Virus genome (UHGV): UHGV-1377064 | From: a virus | DNA length: 43,262 nt | Strand: one strand, 5' to 3' | Shown: in pieces, positions 34,896-43,262 of the stretch | Position numbering within the stretch: position 1 is the first letter of the stretch | How the letters are laid out: each line of letters opens with the position of its first letter | The notes under the pieces: model-generated | What the model saw: the letters and a program-made list of their open reading frames with translations, nothing else | What the model was told of the DNA's origin: nothing | Database searches by the model: none | Translations under genes and position numbers: made by a program

Positions 34896-36752
34896 TTAGC
34901 CATAAAAACCATAAAAGTTTTTAATCAATTCGTACATAATGACCTCGTGCCCTTTTTCATTAGGGTGTACCCCGTCAGGCATACTCGATTTTCTGTACGA
35001 AGGTATATTGGGTTTGAATTGTGTTGAATGATAAGCGTCATAAACAGGTATATCCAGTTCGTTACAAGCGTCTATTTGAACATCTACATAATCAGCTAAA
35101 GTGTGACCTAAATCGTTCTTAGTAGTGTCTTTTCTTACGGTTTTGCCGTCTTTTATATAACATTGTTTAGTAGGTGTCATAACAATTATTTTAGAGTTAG
35201 GGTTATTACTCTTGATTTTAGTGATAGCACTATAAAAGGCACCGTAAAACGTTTTAGTATCCGTTTTATCAGTGCCTATATTAATATCATTAGTCCAATC
35301 ATCATCTGTACCTTGCACAATGATTAAATCAGATTTAATTTTGGTCGCTTGTTCATAAATGCTATTATCTTTGTTTGTGCTCATTGTCGCACCACTAACA
35401 GCTAAGTTTGTTGATTTAGCCTTTATCTTCTTAGCTAACATTTGAGTAAAGTTAGTTTTAGCACCAGTACCTTTAGCGACAGAATCTCCAATAGTACCTA
35501 TTGTTTTAACTTTCCTAATCTTAGACTTAGGTGTAAAGTCGTGAACAATAGTACCGTTTGCAGTTGTAACACTCTTAGCATGCGCGCTTTCTAATCTTCT
35601 TTTTATTTCATCGGTTTTCTTCTGCAAATCTTGTGCAGTCTTAGTATTTGCGTTGTTTTGAGCTTGAATCATCCTTAAGTCTTTAGCTGGATCAGATTTG
35701 TTAGACTTAATAGCTTTAACATAATTTGCAGCAGTGTTTACTGCTTTCATGTATCTATCTTGTAATCTAAATTCCCCTAAGACTACGTCTTGCTTGATAA
35801 TCTTATTGTTAATATCTCGATGTGTAGTGATTTCTATAATTCTTACATATTCATTTAATCCTATTAGGTCGTCAATGACATTAACTATATCTCCGACTTT
35901 AGGAATTGCTTCTTTAAAATGTTTTTGTAAAGAAATGAAATCTAGTGTTACAGACGTTTTTAAACTTTCTTGTATAACTAACTCCATAGCTTTTTTGAGT
36001 GTATCACCTTTAGTTATGCGTCCATCTACAACGGGTGGCGCATGCCGTTTGCCTATTAAGTCGGCTAAAGGGTGTGTGTACTCATATTGCAAACTAGCTT
36101 CGTTAAAAGTTTGTTGCTCATCAAAGCCACCATAACCTCTGATATAGGTGTAACACTTAGAAGCATCTTCTTGGACTTTTACATTATTCGCATTAACACC
36201 TGCTTTAATGTAGTAGTTAGCCTTTCTTTGAACAATATCATATAAATGGAACGTCTTTGTTTTAGCGTTGTATTCATATTCTAGGTTATATCTTTCCAAA
36301 CCTTTTTTGAATAGTTCTAAGTTTGTATCATGATTACCTAGATTCTCAAATTTAGATGATGAAACCTTAGCGTGTAATTCATACTTATAACCGGTATTTC
36401 TAAAAACGAGATCAAAATAATTTTTACCAGTAAAACTACCGTTATATACTTCGTAGACTCGCAAGTTATTTAAATCATCTAATTCGACAGGACGCGCTTT
36501 GATTGTTAACTTTTCCTTTTGACCTACAGTTGTTTTGTCTAACATAACGATACGGTATTCGTTTAGGTCATCAGCACCACCAACACCTGTAATCGTCCAC
36601 ATTTTAGTAATAGCCCCTATAGCGTCAAATGTAGCTTTGTTTTCTACCATTTCTATTTCTAAGGAGCCATCTTCATTTAATTTCTCGTTTAATTTTGTTT
36701 CTACAGGTAGGGATTGCCCAATGCCCTGTAACGTTTTTAATAATATTGGCAA
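34896..36752 (-). CDS. tail-tip protein (Tal-like) with a C-terminal SGNH/GDSL hydrolase domain
   Basis: 'GTIGDSVAKG' GDS block and 'DGVHPNEKGH' DxxH block of SGNH hydrolases in the C-terminal 200 aa. Confidence 0.5.
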   Translation of the reverse strand: MPILLKTLQGIGQSLPVETKLNEKLNEDGSLEIEMVENKATFDAIGAITKMWTITGVGGADDLNEYRIVMLDKTTVGQKEKLTIKARPVELDDLNNLRVYEVYNGSFTGKNYFDLVFRNTGYKYELHAKVSSSKFENLGNHDTNLELFKKGLERYNLEYEYNAKTKTFHLYDIVQRKANYYIKAGVNANNVKVQEDASKCYTYIRGYGGFDEQQTFNEASLQYEYTHPLADLIGKRHAPPVVDGRITKGDTLKKAMELVIQESLKTSVTLDFISLQKHFKEAIPKVGDIVNVIDDLIGLNEYVRIIEITTHRDINNKIIKQDVVLGEFRLQDRYMKAVNTAANYVKAIKSNKSDPAKDLRMIQAQNNANTKTAQDLQKKTDEIKRRLESAHAKSVTTANGTIVHDFTPKSKIRKVKTIGTIGDSVAKGTGAKTNFTQMLAKKIKAKSTNLAVSGATMSTNKDNSIYEQATKIKSDLIIVQGTDDDWTNDINIGTDKTDTKTFYGAFYSAITKIKSNNPNSKIIVMTPTKQCYIKDGKTVRKDTTKNDLGHTLADYVDVQIDACNELDIPVYDAYHSTQFKPNIPSYRKSSMPDGVHPNEKGHEVIMYELIKNFYGFYG

Positions 36753-36765
36753 TTAAGCAACCTCC

Positions 36766-37704
36766 TTACAAGTAATATCTTTTATGTTTAAACGTAATTT
36801 TTTGAAGTTTCTTAGTAGTATGGAAGGTATTCCAACCAGGCATTAATACAGGTTGTTGTTTTGTCTTGTTGTAATCATCAATGCGTAAGTTATTACGATA
36901 TACATGAATGCCGTCAAATTTGATAACATCACCGGCTCTCAATTCTAATCCACTTATTTTCATAATGTCACTATGTGTCATATAGAAGTTAAAACCATCG
37001 CTATCATTTTTACTGACATTTTCTCCAAGTGTCATTTCTACAACACTATCTTGGTTAAATTGGTTAATTTCAGCTGTACCACCGTAATATACATCGCCCA
37101 CTTTAGTGTCATAGAATGTGTATCTACGTTCTTTATGAGATGTGTTGAACGGGTTTTTGTCTGGAATACCCCATTTATTCAAATTACCACTCTCTTTTTC
37201 TAAATCTGTACTATACCCAATACTCTCAAAGTATGGTAATTCAATCGTTTCGAAATCTAGTGTGAATTCACCTGACGTTTTAGTAGTATCGAATGACACT
37301 TCATTAACTAAGCCAACAAGTATCTGCCTACCGTCTACATATTCAAGTTCAAACTTTTGTTCTTTAGGTTGAAAGATATTTTCGAACAATATCTCGTTTT
37401 CTGGAGAAGCTAATTCTCTTAAATAGAATTCCCCCCTAAGCATAGCTTGTATATCTGATTTTAGATGAGAAGCATAAGCTATCTTTTCTACATCGTACCT
37501 AACCGTCATAGATATACTTTTCTTTTCTTCTTTAGTAGCATTATGAAATCTACCGTTAACACGATCAATTTCATCAAACTTTCGGTCATAGCCTGCACCT
37601 TTAACATCGTAAGAAACAACTCTCAACGCAGTACCAGTAAAGCGATTGTTACTAATACGCAAACGTTCTTTATTTTTGTATACCTCAACATCATGTAATA
37701 TCAA
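36766..37704 (-). CDS. distal tail protein (Dit-like)
   Basis: 312 aa immediately after the tape measure gene. Confidence 0.45.
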   Translation of the reverse strand: MILHDVEVYKNKERLRISNNRFTGTALRVVSYDVKGAGYDRKFDEIDRVNGRFHNATKEEKKSISMTVRYDVEKIAYASHLKSDIQAMLRGEFYLRELASPENEILFENIFQPKEQKFELEYVDGRQILVGLVNEVSFDTTKTSGEFTLDFETIELPYFESIGYSTDLEKESGNLNKWGIPDKNPFNTSHKERRYTFYDTKVGDVYYGGTAEINQFNQDSVVEMTLGENVSKNDSDGFNFYMTHSDIMKISGLELRAGDVIKFDGIHVYRNNLRIDDYNKTKQQPVLMPGWNTFHTTKKLQKITFKHKRYYL

Positions 37705-37719
37705 TTAACAATCACTCCT

Positions 37720-40700
37720 TTAAAATAATCCGAAACTTGCGTCTTTTGAGTTGGAATCTTCAATGTAAGATTTAATAGCCGGTATATCTGACTCATTGCG
37801 AACAGTCACGTTGACGATAGGTTTATTGTTCTCTTGCATGCTATGGCGTACGTCTTTACTCATATGTGCGTTCACATCGCTATTTAATCCACCTGTTAAG
37901 TCTGATGTTAAATCAGTGTTTAAATCAGGGCTAAATGCGTTAGTTACATCTTTCGCTAAACGACGACTGGCATTAATAGCACTATTGCTTTGTTCCATAA
38001 TACCAATACCTAAGCCTTGAGAAATATATCCACCTATACCTCTGAATACACGAGAAGGTGAGTGAATACCTAGTACGTTTTTAGCTGCACTAACTGCTTT
38101 TTTAGCAATGTTTGCGGCAGCATTTATAACTCTACTTGCGCCATTTGCAATACCTCGTGCAATACCTGAAGCAATATGCAATCCTGCAGATACCATTTGT
38201 CCGAAGAAACTTCTGACTTTGGAAACAGCTCTACCCATACCAGAAGCAACTTGTGATACAACTCTAACAAAACCACTAACCACGCCTTGAACAAATCTAC
38301 TCATCGCAGAAATGATACTTGAAACCCAACGAGCACCACCAGAAATGATACGACTTAGTGCTTGCATCATTTTTTGAGCAACGGTTGAAACTACACGTGA
38401 AAACCAACTTGATACTGTATTCCATATTCTAGTAACTGCACCTGAAATCGCAGACCAAATTTGGTTCCAACTTGTAATATTAGTACCAAGTATTCTGTTC
38501 AAAACATTGAATATGAAGTTAGAAATTTGGCCCCAAATTGACAATATGGTATTCCAAATCGTAGTCATTACATTAGAAATCGTAGTTTGTAAAGTTTGCC
38601 AAGCGCCAGAAAAATCTCCGGTAAGGAGCTGTATTAATGCAGTAAACAAACCGAAAATCAATTGCGTAGCAGCTTGTAGTATTCCACCTATCGCAGTGAA
38701 TACTACTGAAATCACAGTCCAAAGAGATTGGAAAGCAGTTACTAAACCATTGATAAGGCTAATGAATAAGAAGCCGAGAACTTGGTTTGCAACTTGTCCT
38801 AACATTTGTAAGATAGGCATAATTGGTTGGAGCGTTTGTTCGATAGACGCTCTGAACTGATTAAACCAGTTAATCACTGTTTTTACAGCGTTCATTATCG
38901 TATCTTTAATTGTGTTCCAAGCTTCAACACAAGTTTTTCTGAAATTCTCGTTCGTTTTCCATAACCAAACAATAATACCTATTAAAGCGACGATAACGCC
39001 TATGATAGCCAATACAGGCCATGAAATCGCACCTATAGCTACACCTAACGCTTGGAATGCACCACTTAACATAGGTAAGATACGCATAATTGTACTAATA
39101 GGGCTCATGAGAAGTCTAAATGCGATTTTCACTAGGTTTAACGCACTTCTAAGTATTTGAGTGTTTCTAGCAAAAGCTAACATTTTAGTCATAGCTTTGA
39201 ATAGACTACTACTAAAGAATGTTTCTAATAATGTACCTACTGCGATGATTGGTGCTAGTAAAGCCCACAACATACCACCGAGTATCATACCTATACCAAT
39301 CATTCGAGCTATAGCTGGATGTGTTTCAAACAACTTAGCTATGAAACCAGCTAATGCTGTTACTACTTTTAATATCACACTTGCTATTGGAGCCATTGCA
39401 GTGCCGAATGCAACCAATACTCTTACAATATTACCGATTAGATCCATAATGACTGGACCATTCTCTTGTACATACTGAACAAACTTTTTAAACCCTTCAG
39501 ATTTACCAACTTGTTCAGACCATTCTCTAAACTTAGCAGTCATTTTAACTAGCCAATCAAAGATATTAGAACTGTTTTGAGCAAATGCTTTCATCAAGTT
39601 ACCAATACCCATGAATACATTGCCAAATATTTGACCTATTTTAGGTAAATTAGTTTTAGTGTATTCAATAAATGATTTAATAGCATTTTGACCTGCTACA
39701 CTATTCGCCCAGTTTTGGAACTTTTTACCTAAATTATCTAAGCCTTTAGCAGTCCATAAGAATAGTGGACCTAATTGAGTGAATACATTAATAAGTCCGT
39801 CACCAAAACGTCCTGCAGCACTTAATAATGTGTTGAATGTCTTAACACCTGTTGTATTCATCATGTTAAAGAACTTGCTAGCAGTTTGGCTGTTTTGAGC
39901 CCATTTTAAGACACTCTGTGAAGCTTGTTCCATTCCTTTAGAGATACCTGCTAAGAATGGTTTCATGCGTCCTAAAGCTACGTTAACAGTGTCTAAAGCG
40001 TTAGATAACGTATTGAATATTTGAGATTGATTTTGCTTGATAATGCCTTCCCAAGTTGACTTAACTTGTTCTAAAGACGCTTGATATCTTCTTGTTTGTG
40101 CAGTGGCTTGTAATGTTCCGTCATTCAACATTTTAATTGCACTTACTGCCATAGCACCAAATGCAAACGCACCACTTGCAGCAATACCAAATGCACCAGC
40201 TACACCTAATGCACCACCAGCAACTACGCCTAATGCGTTAGCTACTGCCATGATGGCGGGTACTAATCCAGCTATGATAGGAATAAGTCCTTGAAAACTA
40301 GCGATTAGCACACCTTTGATTTGTTGTCCAAACACAGTACCAAATGTACGAATACGAGTAGCTAATCTATCCATTTTGTCGCCGTATTCATCTAAAGACT
40401 GACTTAAAGCTCTAGTTAATACTTGAGCTCTTGTCATTCCCCTTGTATCAAAGTTAACTTTTACCGTTTTATCATGTAAGGTTGCCAACATAGCCTTAGC
40501 ACCTAATACTGAACGTTTTAAGGGGTTGTTGTTACCTTTTATGTCTACTTCTTTATCTCTTAATTGCTGTAATTTCTCTTTAACTACTGCAATTGCTCGT
40601 TTGATAGGGTTGTTGTTACCGTCTATATCAACGGTATGTTCTCGCCAACGTTGAGCCATTGCTTTTGCAGTGTTTAAGGCTCGTTTAAACTTACTGATAT

Positions 40701-40824
40701 TCGCATCGACTTGTGTTTCAATCTCGTCAGGTATTTCAGTTTTAGCCATACGTTGAGCTTTTCTGATATTCCGTTGGAAATCTGTAATGATCGCCGATAT
40801 ACGAGCCATAAAGTTTTTATTCAT
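37720..40824 (-). CDS. tail tape measure protein
   Basis: 1034 aa with an N-terminal coiled-coil, a central run of transmembrane-like hydrophobic segments and a Gly/Ala-rich region. Confidence 0.85.
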   Translation of the reverse strand: MNKNFMARISAIITDFQRNIRKAQRMAKTEIPDEIETQVDANISKFKRALNTAKAMAQRWREHTVDIDGNNNPIKRAIAVVKEKLQQLRDKEVDIKGNNNPLKRSVLGAKAMLATLHDKTVKVNFDTRGMTRAQVLTRALSQSLDEYGDKMDRLATRIRTFGTVFGQQIKGVLIASFQGLIPIIAGLVPAIMAVANALGVVAGGALGVAGAFGIAASGAFAFGAMAVSAIKMLNDGTLQATAQTRRYQASLEQVKSTWEGIIKQNQSQIFNTLSNALDTVNVALGRMKPFLAGISKGMEQASQSVLKWAQNSQTASKFFNMMNTTGVKTFNTLLSAAGRFGDGLINVFTQLGPLFLWTAKGLDNLGKKFQNWANSVAGQNAIKSFIEYTKTNLPKIGQIFGNVFMGIGNLMKAFAQNSSNIFDWLVKMTAKFREWSEQVGKSEGFKKFVQYVQENGPVIMDLIGNIVRVLVAFGTAMAPIASVILKVVTALAGFIAKLFETHPAIARMIGIGMILGGMLWALLAPIIAVGTLLETFFSSSLFKAMTKMLAFARNTQILRSALNLVKIAFRLLMSPISTIMRILPMLSGAFQALGVAIGAISWPVLAIIGVIVALIGIIVWLWKTNENFRKTCVEAWNTIKDTIMNAVKTVINWFNQFRASIEQTLQPIMPILQMLGQVANQVLGFLFISLINGLVTAFQSLWTVISVVFTAIGGILQAATQLIFGLFTALIQLLTGDFSGAWQTLQTTISNVMTTIWNTILSIWGQISNFIFNVLNRILGTNITSWNQIWSAISGAVTRIWNTVSSWFSRVVSTVAQKMMQALSRIISGGARWVSSIISAMSRFVQGVVSGFVRVVSQVASGMGRAVSKVRSFFGQMVSAGLHIASGIARGIANGASRVINAAANIAKKAVSAAKNVLGIHSPSRVFRGIGGYISQGLGIGIMEQSNSAINASRRLAKDVTNAFSPDLNTDLTSDLTGGLNSDVNAHMSKDVRHSMQENNKPIVNVTVRNESDIPAIKSYIEDSNSKDASFGLF

Positions 40825-40826
40825 GG

Positions 40827-41129
40827 CTAACCTCCTTTTTGACTAGTATTGCGTAATGAATTCATAAAGCGTCGTGTACCTTGTTTCTGAACATTTCTAA
40901 TGCGTTTGTTATGTGCTAACTTACGTTCTTTCATACGTTCGTATTCTTCTGACTGTCCACGTACCTCGTATCTTGCACGTTCTAATTGCTTCTGTAATCG
41001 TTTAAGTGATTTACCAGCTTGCACAAGACCGTTAGCTTGAGCACCAAATAATAAAGTTTCTTGTTCATCAAGTAACGCCAATCTACGACCTACAACCCAG
41101 TCTTTCCATTCATTAGGCGTCAAACTCAT
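40827..41129 (-). CDS. tail assembly chaperone, frameshift extension (gpT-like)
   Basis: Lies in the -1 frame relative to the upstream chaperone ORF. That frame stays open across the upstream stop. Confidence 0.4.
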   Translation of the reverse strand: MSLTPNEWKDWVVGRRLALLDEQETLLFGAQANGLVQAGKSLKRLQKQLERARYEVRGQSEEYERMKERKLAHNKRIRNVQKQGTRRFMNSLRNTSQKGG

Positions 41130-41191
41130 TAATTCATCATAAGGAAGATAGCCTATGTATTGACCGGTTATCTGCCGTATTTCTGAATAAT

Positions 41192-41686
41192 CTAGTAAGG
41201 TAGCTCGCCCATGATTTCTTTGTAATTGTTCTTCATGAACTCGATACCGTTCTTCGTAGACTCTTTCTCTTCTTCTTTGACCATAGATGGAGCCGAGTTC
41301 ATTTGTGTCCAGAATAGACGTGATTTCTGCTTGAAAAAACCACTATGATTTAAAACTTGCAATGCACCTTGTAACAATTCGATAGAGTCTTGTTTTTCAT
41401 CAATAATTTCCATTAGTGTTTGTTCGATATCTTCACGTTTAGGTGCGTTCTTACCTAGATAAGCTGTTGCACATTCCCAAAAATCAGCAATTGCGATTGG
41501 ATCACGTTCTAAAATGCCATTATAGATAGCATTGAAACCAGACACTTTAGTTGTTTTACCATTTTCGTCTTGCTCGTCTTTAGCAAATTTCTTAGCCGCT
41601 TTATCGAATAAGAAAGTAGCTTTTGCTTCTACTTCTTCTCCGTTGAACTCTAATGTAGTAATAGGATTGATTGTATTTTCAGTCAT
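41192..41686 (-). CDS. tail assembly chaperone (gpG-like)
   Basis: 164 aa between the major tail and tape measure genes. Confidence 0.45.
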   Translation of the reverse strand: MTENTINPITTLEFNGEEVEAKATFLFDKAAKKFAKDEQDENGKTTKVSGFNAIYNGILERDPIAIADFWECATAYLGKNAPKREDIEQTLMEIIDEKQDSIELLQGALQVLNHSGFFKQKSRLFWTQMNSAPSMVKEEEKESTKNGIEFMKNNYKEIMGELPY

Positions 41687-41747
41687 TCTTTAACCTCTTT
41701 CTGTTATTTTGTACAAAAAAATAGAGGGCTTAATGCCCTCGTAAAAC

Positions 41748-42287
41748 TTATGCACCAGCACTAGGTGTACGGTTTTCGTATGAGTCTGTATAAGCTCCCA
41801 TATCTTCCCATTCAACTGTAGGAGCAGCAGCACTAGGGTTGAGCCATTCTGGTGGTAATGAATCAACAGAACCGTCTGCACTGTTAAATTTAACTTTTGC
41901 AGTGATTTCGATTTTGTCATCCTCATCATCAAATGACCATTCGTGCTCTTCTACAATTACATAAGCGAAAGTACCGTGATGTTTACCGTCACGTTTCTTA
42001 ACTTCCCAAATCCATAAACGTAACTGCTTGAAGTTTTTAACTGACTCTTTTAAAGCTTCTTGACCTTTGTCGCCAGGAACACGGTCAACAGTTAACTTGA
42101 TTTCTTCTTCTACAGAGTTACGACCGTAGTCTTTTTTGCCACCTGTAATCATTTCAGCTAAGTCATTACTGATTGTGTGTCCACCCTCAGCTAAACTAGC
42201 TAACAGAATAGCATCTTCTTCTTTTAGCTTGCTCGCTAAATCTTTGTCAGCGATTTGTAACGCTGCAATGTATTTATTCTGCGCCAT
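41748..42287 (-). CDS. major tail protein
   Basis: 179 aa upstream of the chaperone pair. Terminator-like hairpin agggc / gccct at 41727-41740. Confidence 0.5.
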   Translation of the reverse strand: MAQNKYIAALQIADKDLASKLKEEDAILLASLAEGGHTISNDLAEMITGGKKDYGRNSVEEEIKLTVDRVPGDKGQEALKESVKNFKQLRLWIWEVKKRDGKHHGTFAYVIVEEHEWSFDDEDDKIEITAKVKFNSADGSVDSLPPEWLNPSAAAPTVEWEDMGAYTDSYENRTPSAGA

Positions 42288-42711
42288 TCGTTACACTCCT
42301 TTGTAAAGTATTGTGTCTGTATTTAAAAACAAACCGGATGATACCGTGTTTCGTGTACTGATCTATGTCAGTTATCACTTCTTGTGTATCAATCCGACTT
42401 TTAATGAATGAGTAATGTTCGATTTCAAATTCAGTGTTAAGTGCATGACCTAAAAACTGAATGATTTGTGCTACTTCATCACGATTTCTCGCTTGACTAT
42501 ACACGTGTAAGGTTACGCCTACATCTTCAAACATACTCGTTGTCGTTTCTTTATTAGTGACGTTTGTTTCACCCACAACGATATATGGGTAAACAGCGTC
42601 TTTTTGAACGCAATCAAAAACCCTACCACCAAGCTGTTTTTTGATGATAGGGTTGCTTTTTAATTTGTTATATATCTTGTTAAACAGATACCGTTCTACT
42701 GATACCCACAT
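42274..42711 (-). CDS. tail completion / head-tail joining protein
   Basis: By position. 145 aa. Confidence 0.3.
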   Translation of the reverse strand: MWVSVERYLFNKIYNKLKSNPIIKKQLGGRVFDCVQKDAVYPYIVVGETNVTNKETTTSMFEDVGVTLHVYSQARNRDEVAQIIQFLGHALNTEFEIEHYSFIKSRIDTQEVITDIDQYTKHGIIRFVFKYRHNTLQRSVTNGAE

Positions 42712-42723
42712 ATCTTAACCACC

Positions 42724-43137
42724 TTATGAAAAATACTTATTAAAAAACGCTCTACCTTCATCGATTGCAGGTTCCCAAAAAGGCTGTGCATGTTGCCCTT
42801 TAGTTGTGTGCCAATGTCCGTCTGCGTCTTTGTAACGCCACGGGATATTCTTTGCACGACTACCACCCGGACCGGCTGCGTATATCCCTGTACCGTAGTT
42901 GACGTAAACTGCGTACTCACTGCCGATATTAATAACGCCTGTTAATCCACCCTTCTTAAAGTCCATAGAAACACTTTCTCTAAGATAACCGGTATCAACA
43001 GGCATGTTACTAACTATTGAATTGTGAATAATTGTTGTTGTCTTGGCTATACCTTTTTTAGCCCATCTAATCGTTTCTTTTTCAAACTCTTCAAGTTCCT
43101 TAACTAAATCCCAATTTCCGTATTTAACCTTAGCCAA
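42724..43137 (-). CDS. HK97 gp10-like head-tail joining protein
   Basis: 137 aa with a TTG start. Position is typical. Confidence 0.45.
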   Translation of the reverse strand: MAKVKYGNWDLVKELEEFEKETIRWAKKGIAKTTTIIHNSIVSNMPVDTGYLRESVSMDFKKGGLTGVINIGSEYAVYVNYGTGIYAAGPGGSRAKNIPWRYKDADGHWHTTKGQHAQPFWEPAIDEGRAFFNKYFS

Positions 43138-43262
43138 TAGGACATTCTCTCAATCTTGTTAAGTTGATTTCTTGTTGTCCGCCTTGGTCGACAGGTTCTC
43201 CTACTACTTCGTAAGTTTTACCGTTGTATTTAAATAAGTTTGTGTTAGTTATTGGCAGGCTG
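43130..43262 (-). CDS. head-tail adaptor, C-terminal 44 codons (...YSLPITNTNLFKYNGKTYEVVGEPVDQGGQQEINLTRLRECPIG*). Continues from the window's left end.
   Basis: Frame is open from the right edge to the TAA at 43130-43132. It overlaps the TTG start of the downstream gene by 8 nt. Confidence 0.5.
   Translation of the reverse strand, partial: SLPITNTNLFKYNGKTYEVVGEPVDQGGQQEINLTRLRECPIG

Noticed and set aside
41690-42920. ORFs 41690..41932 and 42696..42920 overlapping the major tail and gp10-like genes.
   Set aside because: Alternative frames of well-supported genes. No independent start signals.
1-43262. Search for CRISPR arrays, tRNA/rRNA genes, insertion sequences and a dUTPase.
   Set aside because: No spacer-repeat periodicity, no cloverleaf-like conserved tRNA features noticed, no transposase-like ORF. 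The nucleotide-metabolism gene present is MazG-like rather than Dut.

Overview
The window reads as one complete, circularly permuted temperate siphovirus genome of 43,262 bp. It is AT-rich with a Staphylococcus phi11/80alpha-like module order; that host assignment is an inference from gene content and order, not a search result. The two window ends join in frame inside a single head-tail adaptor gene, so the break point is arbitrary. Nearly all genes are on the minus strand, giving this order when read right to left from the window's right end: head-tail joining and tail genes, lysis module, attP-side moron, lysogeny module, early and replication genes, late activator, packaging and head genes. 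The lysogeny module (serine integrase, a 158-aa hypothetical protein, a lipoprotein, an ImmA-like protein and the cI-like repressor) is the only gene block on the plus strand. The strongest findings are these. The tail-associated CHAP/glucosaminidase hydrolase gene is split by a ~983-nt group I intron carrying an HNH-AP2 homing endonuclease. The serine integrase carries a 5-bp tandem duplication that frameshifts its catalytic N-terminus. A one-gene cassette between the repressor module and the integrase is flanked by duplicated 21-bp translation-initiation blocks and is followed by a lipoprotein gene. A Zn-ribbon/PD-(D/E)XK-like nuclease moron with its own promoter and terminators sits between the endolysin and attP. 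There are also several micro-ORFs with strong ribosome-binding sites, putative origin iterons, and a structured rinA-terS leader. No tRNA, rRNA or CRISPR array was seen.
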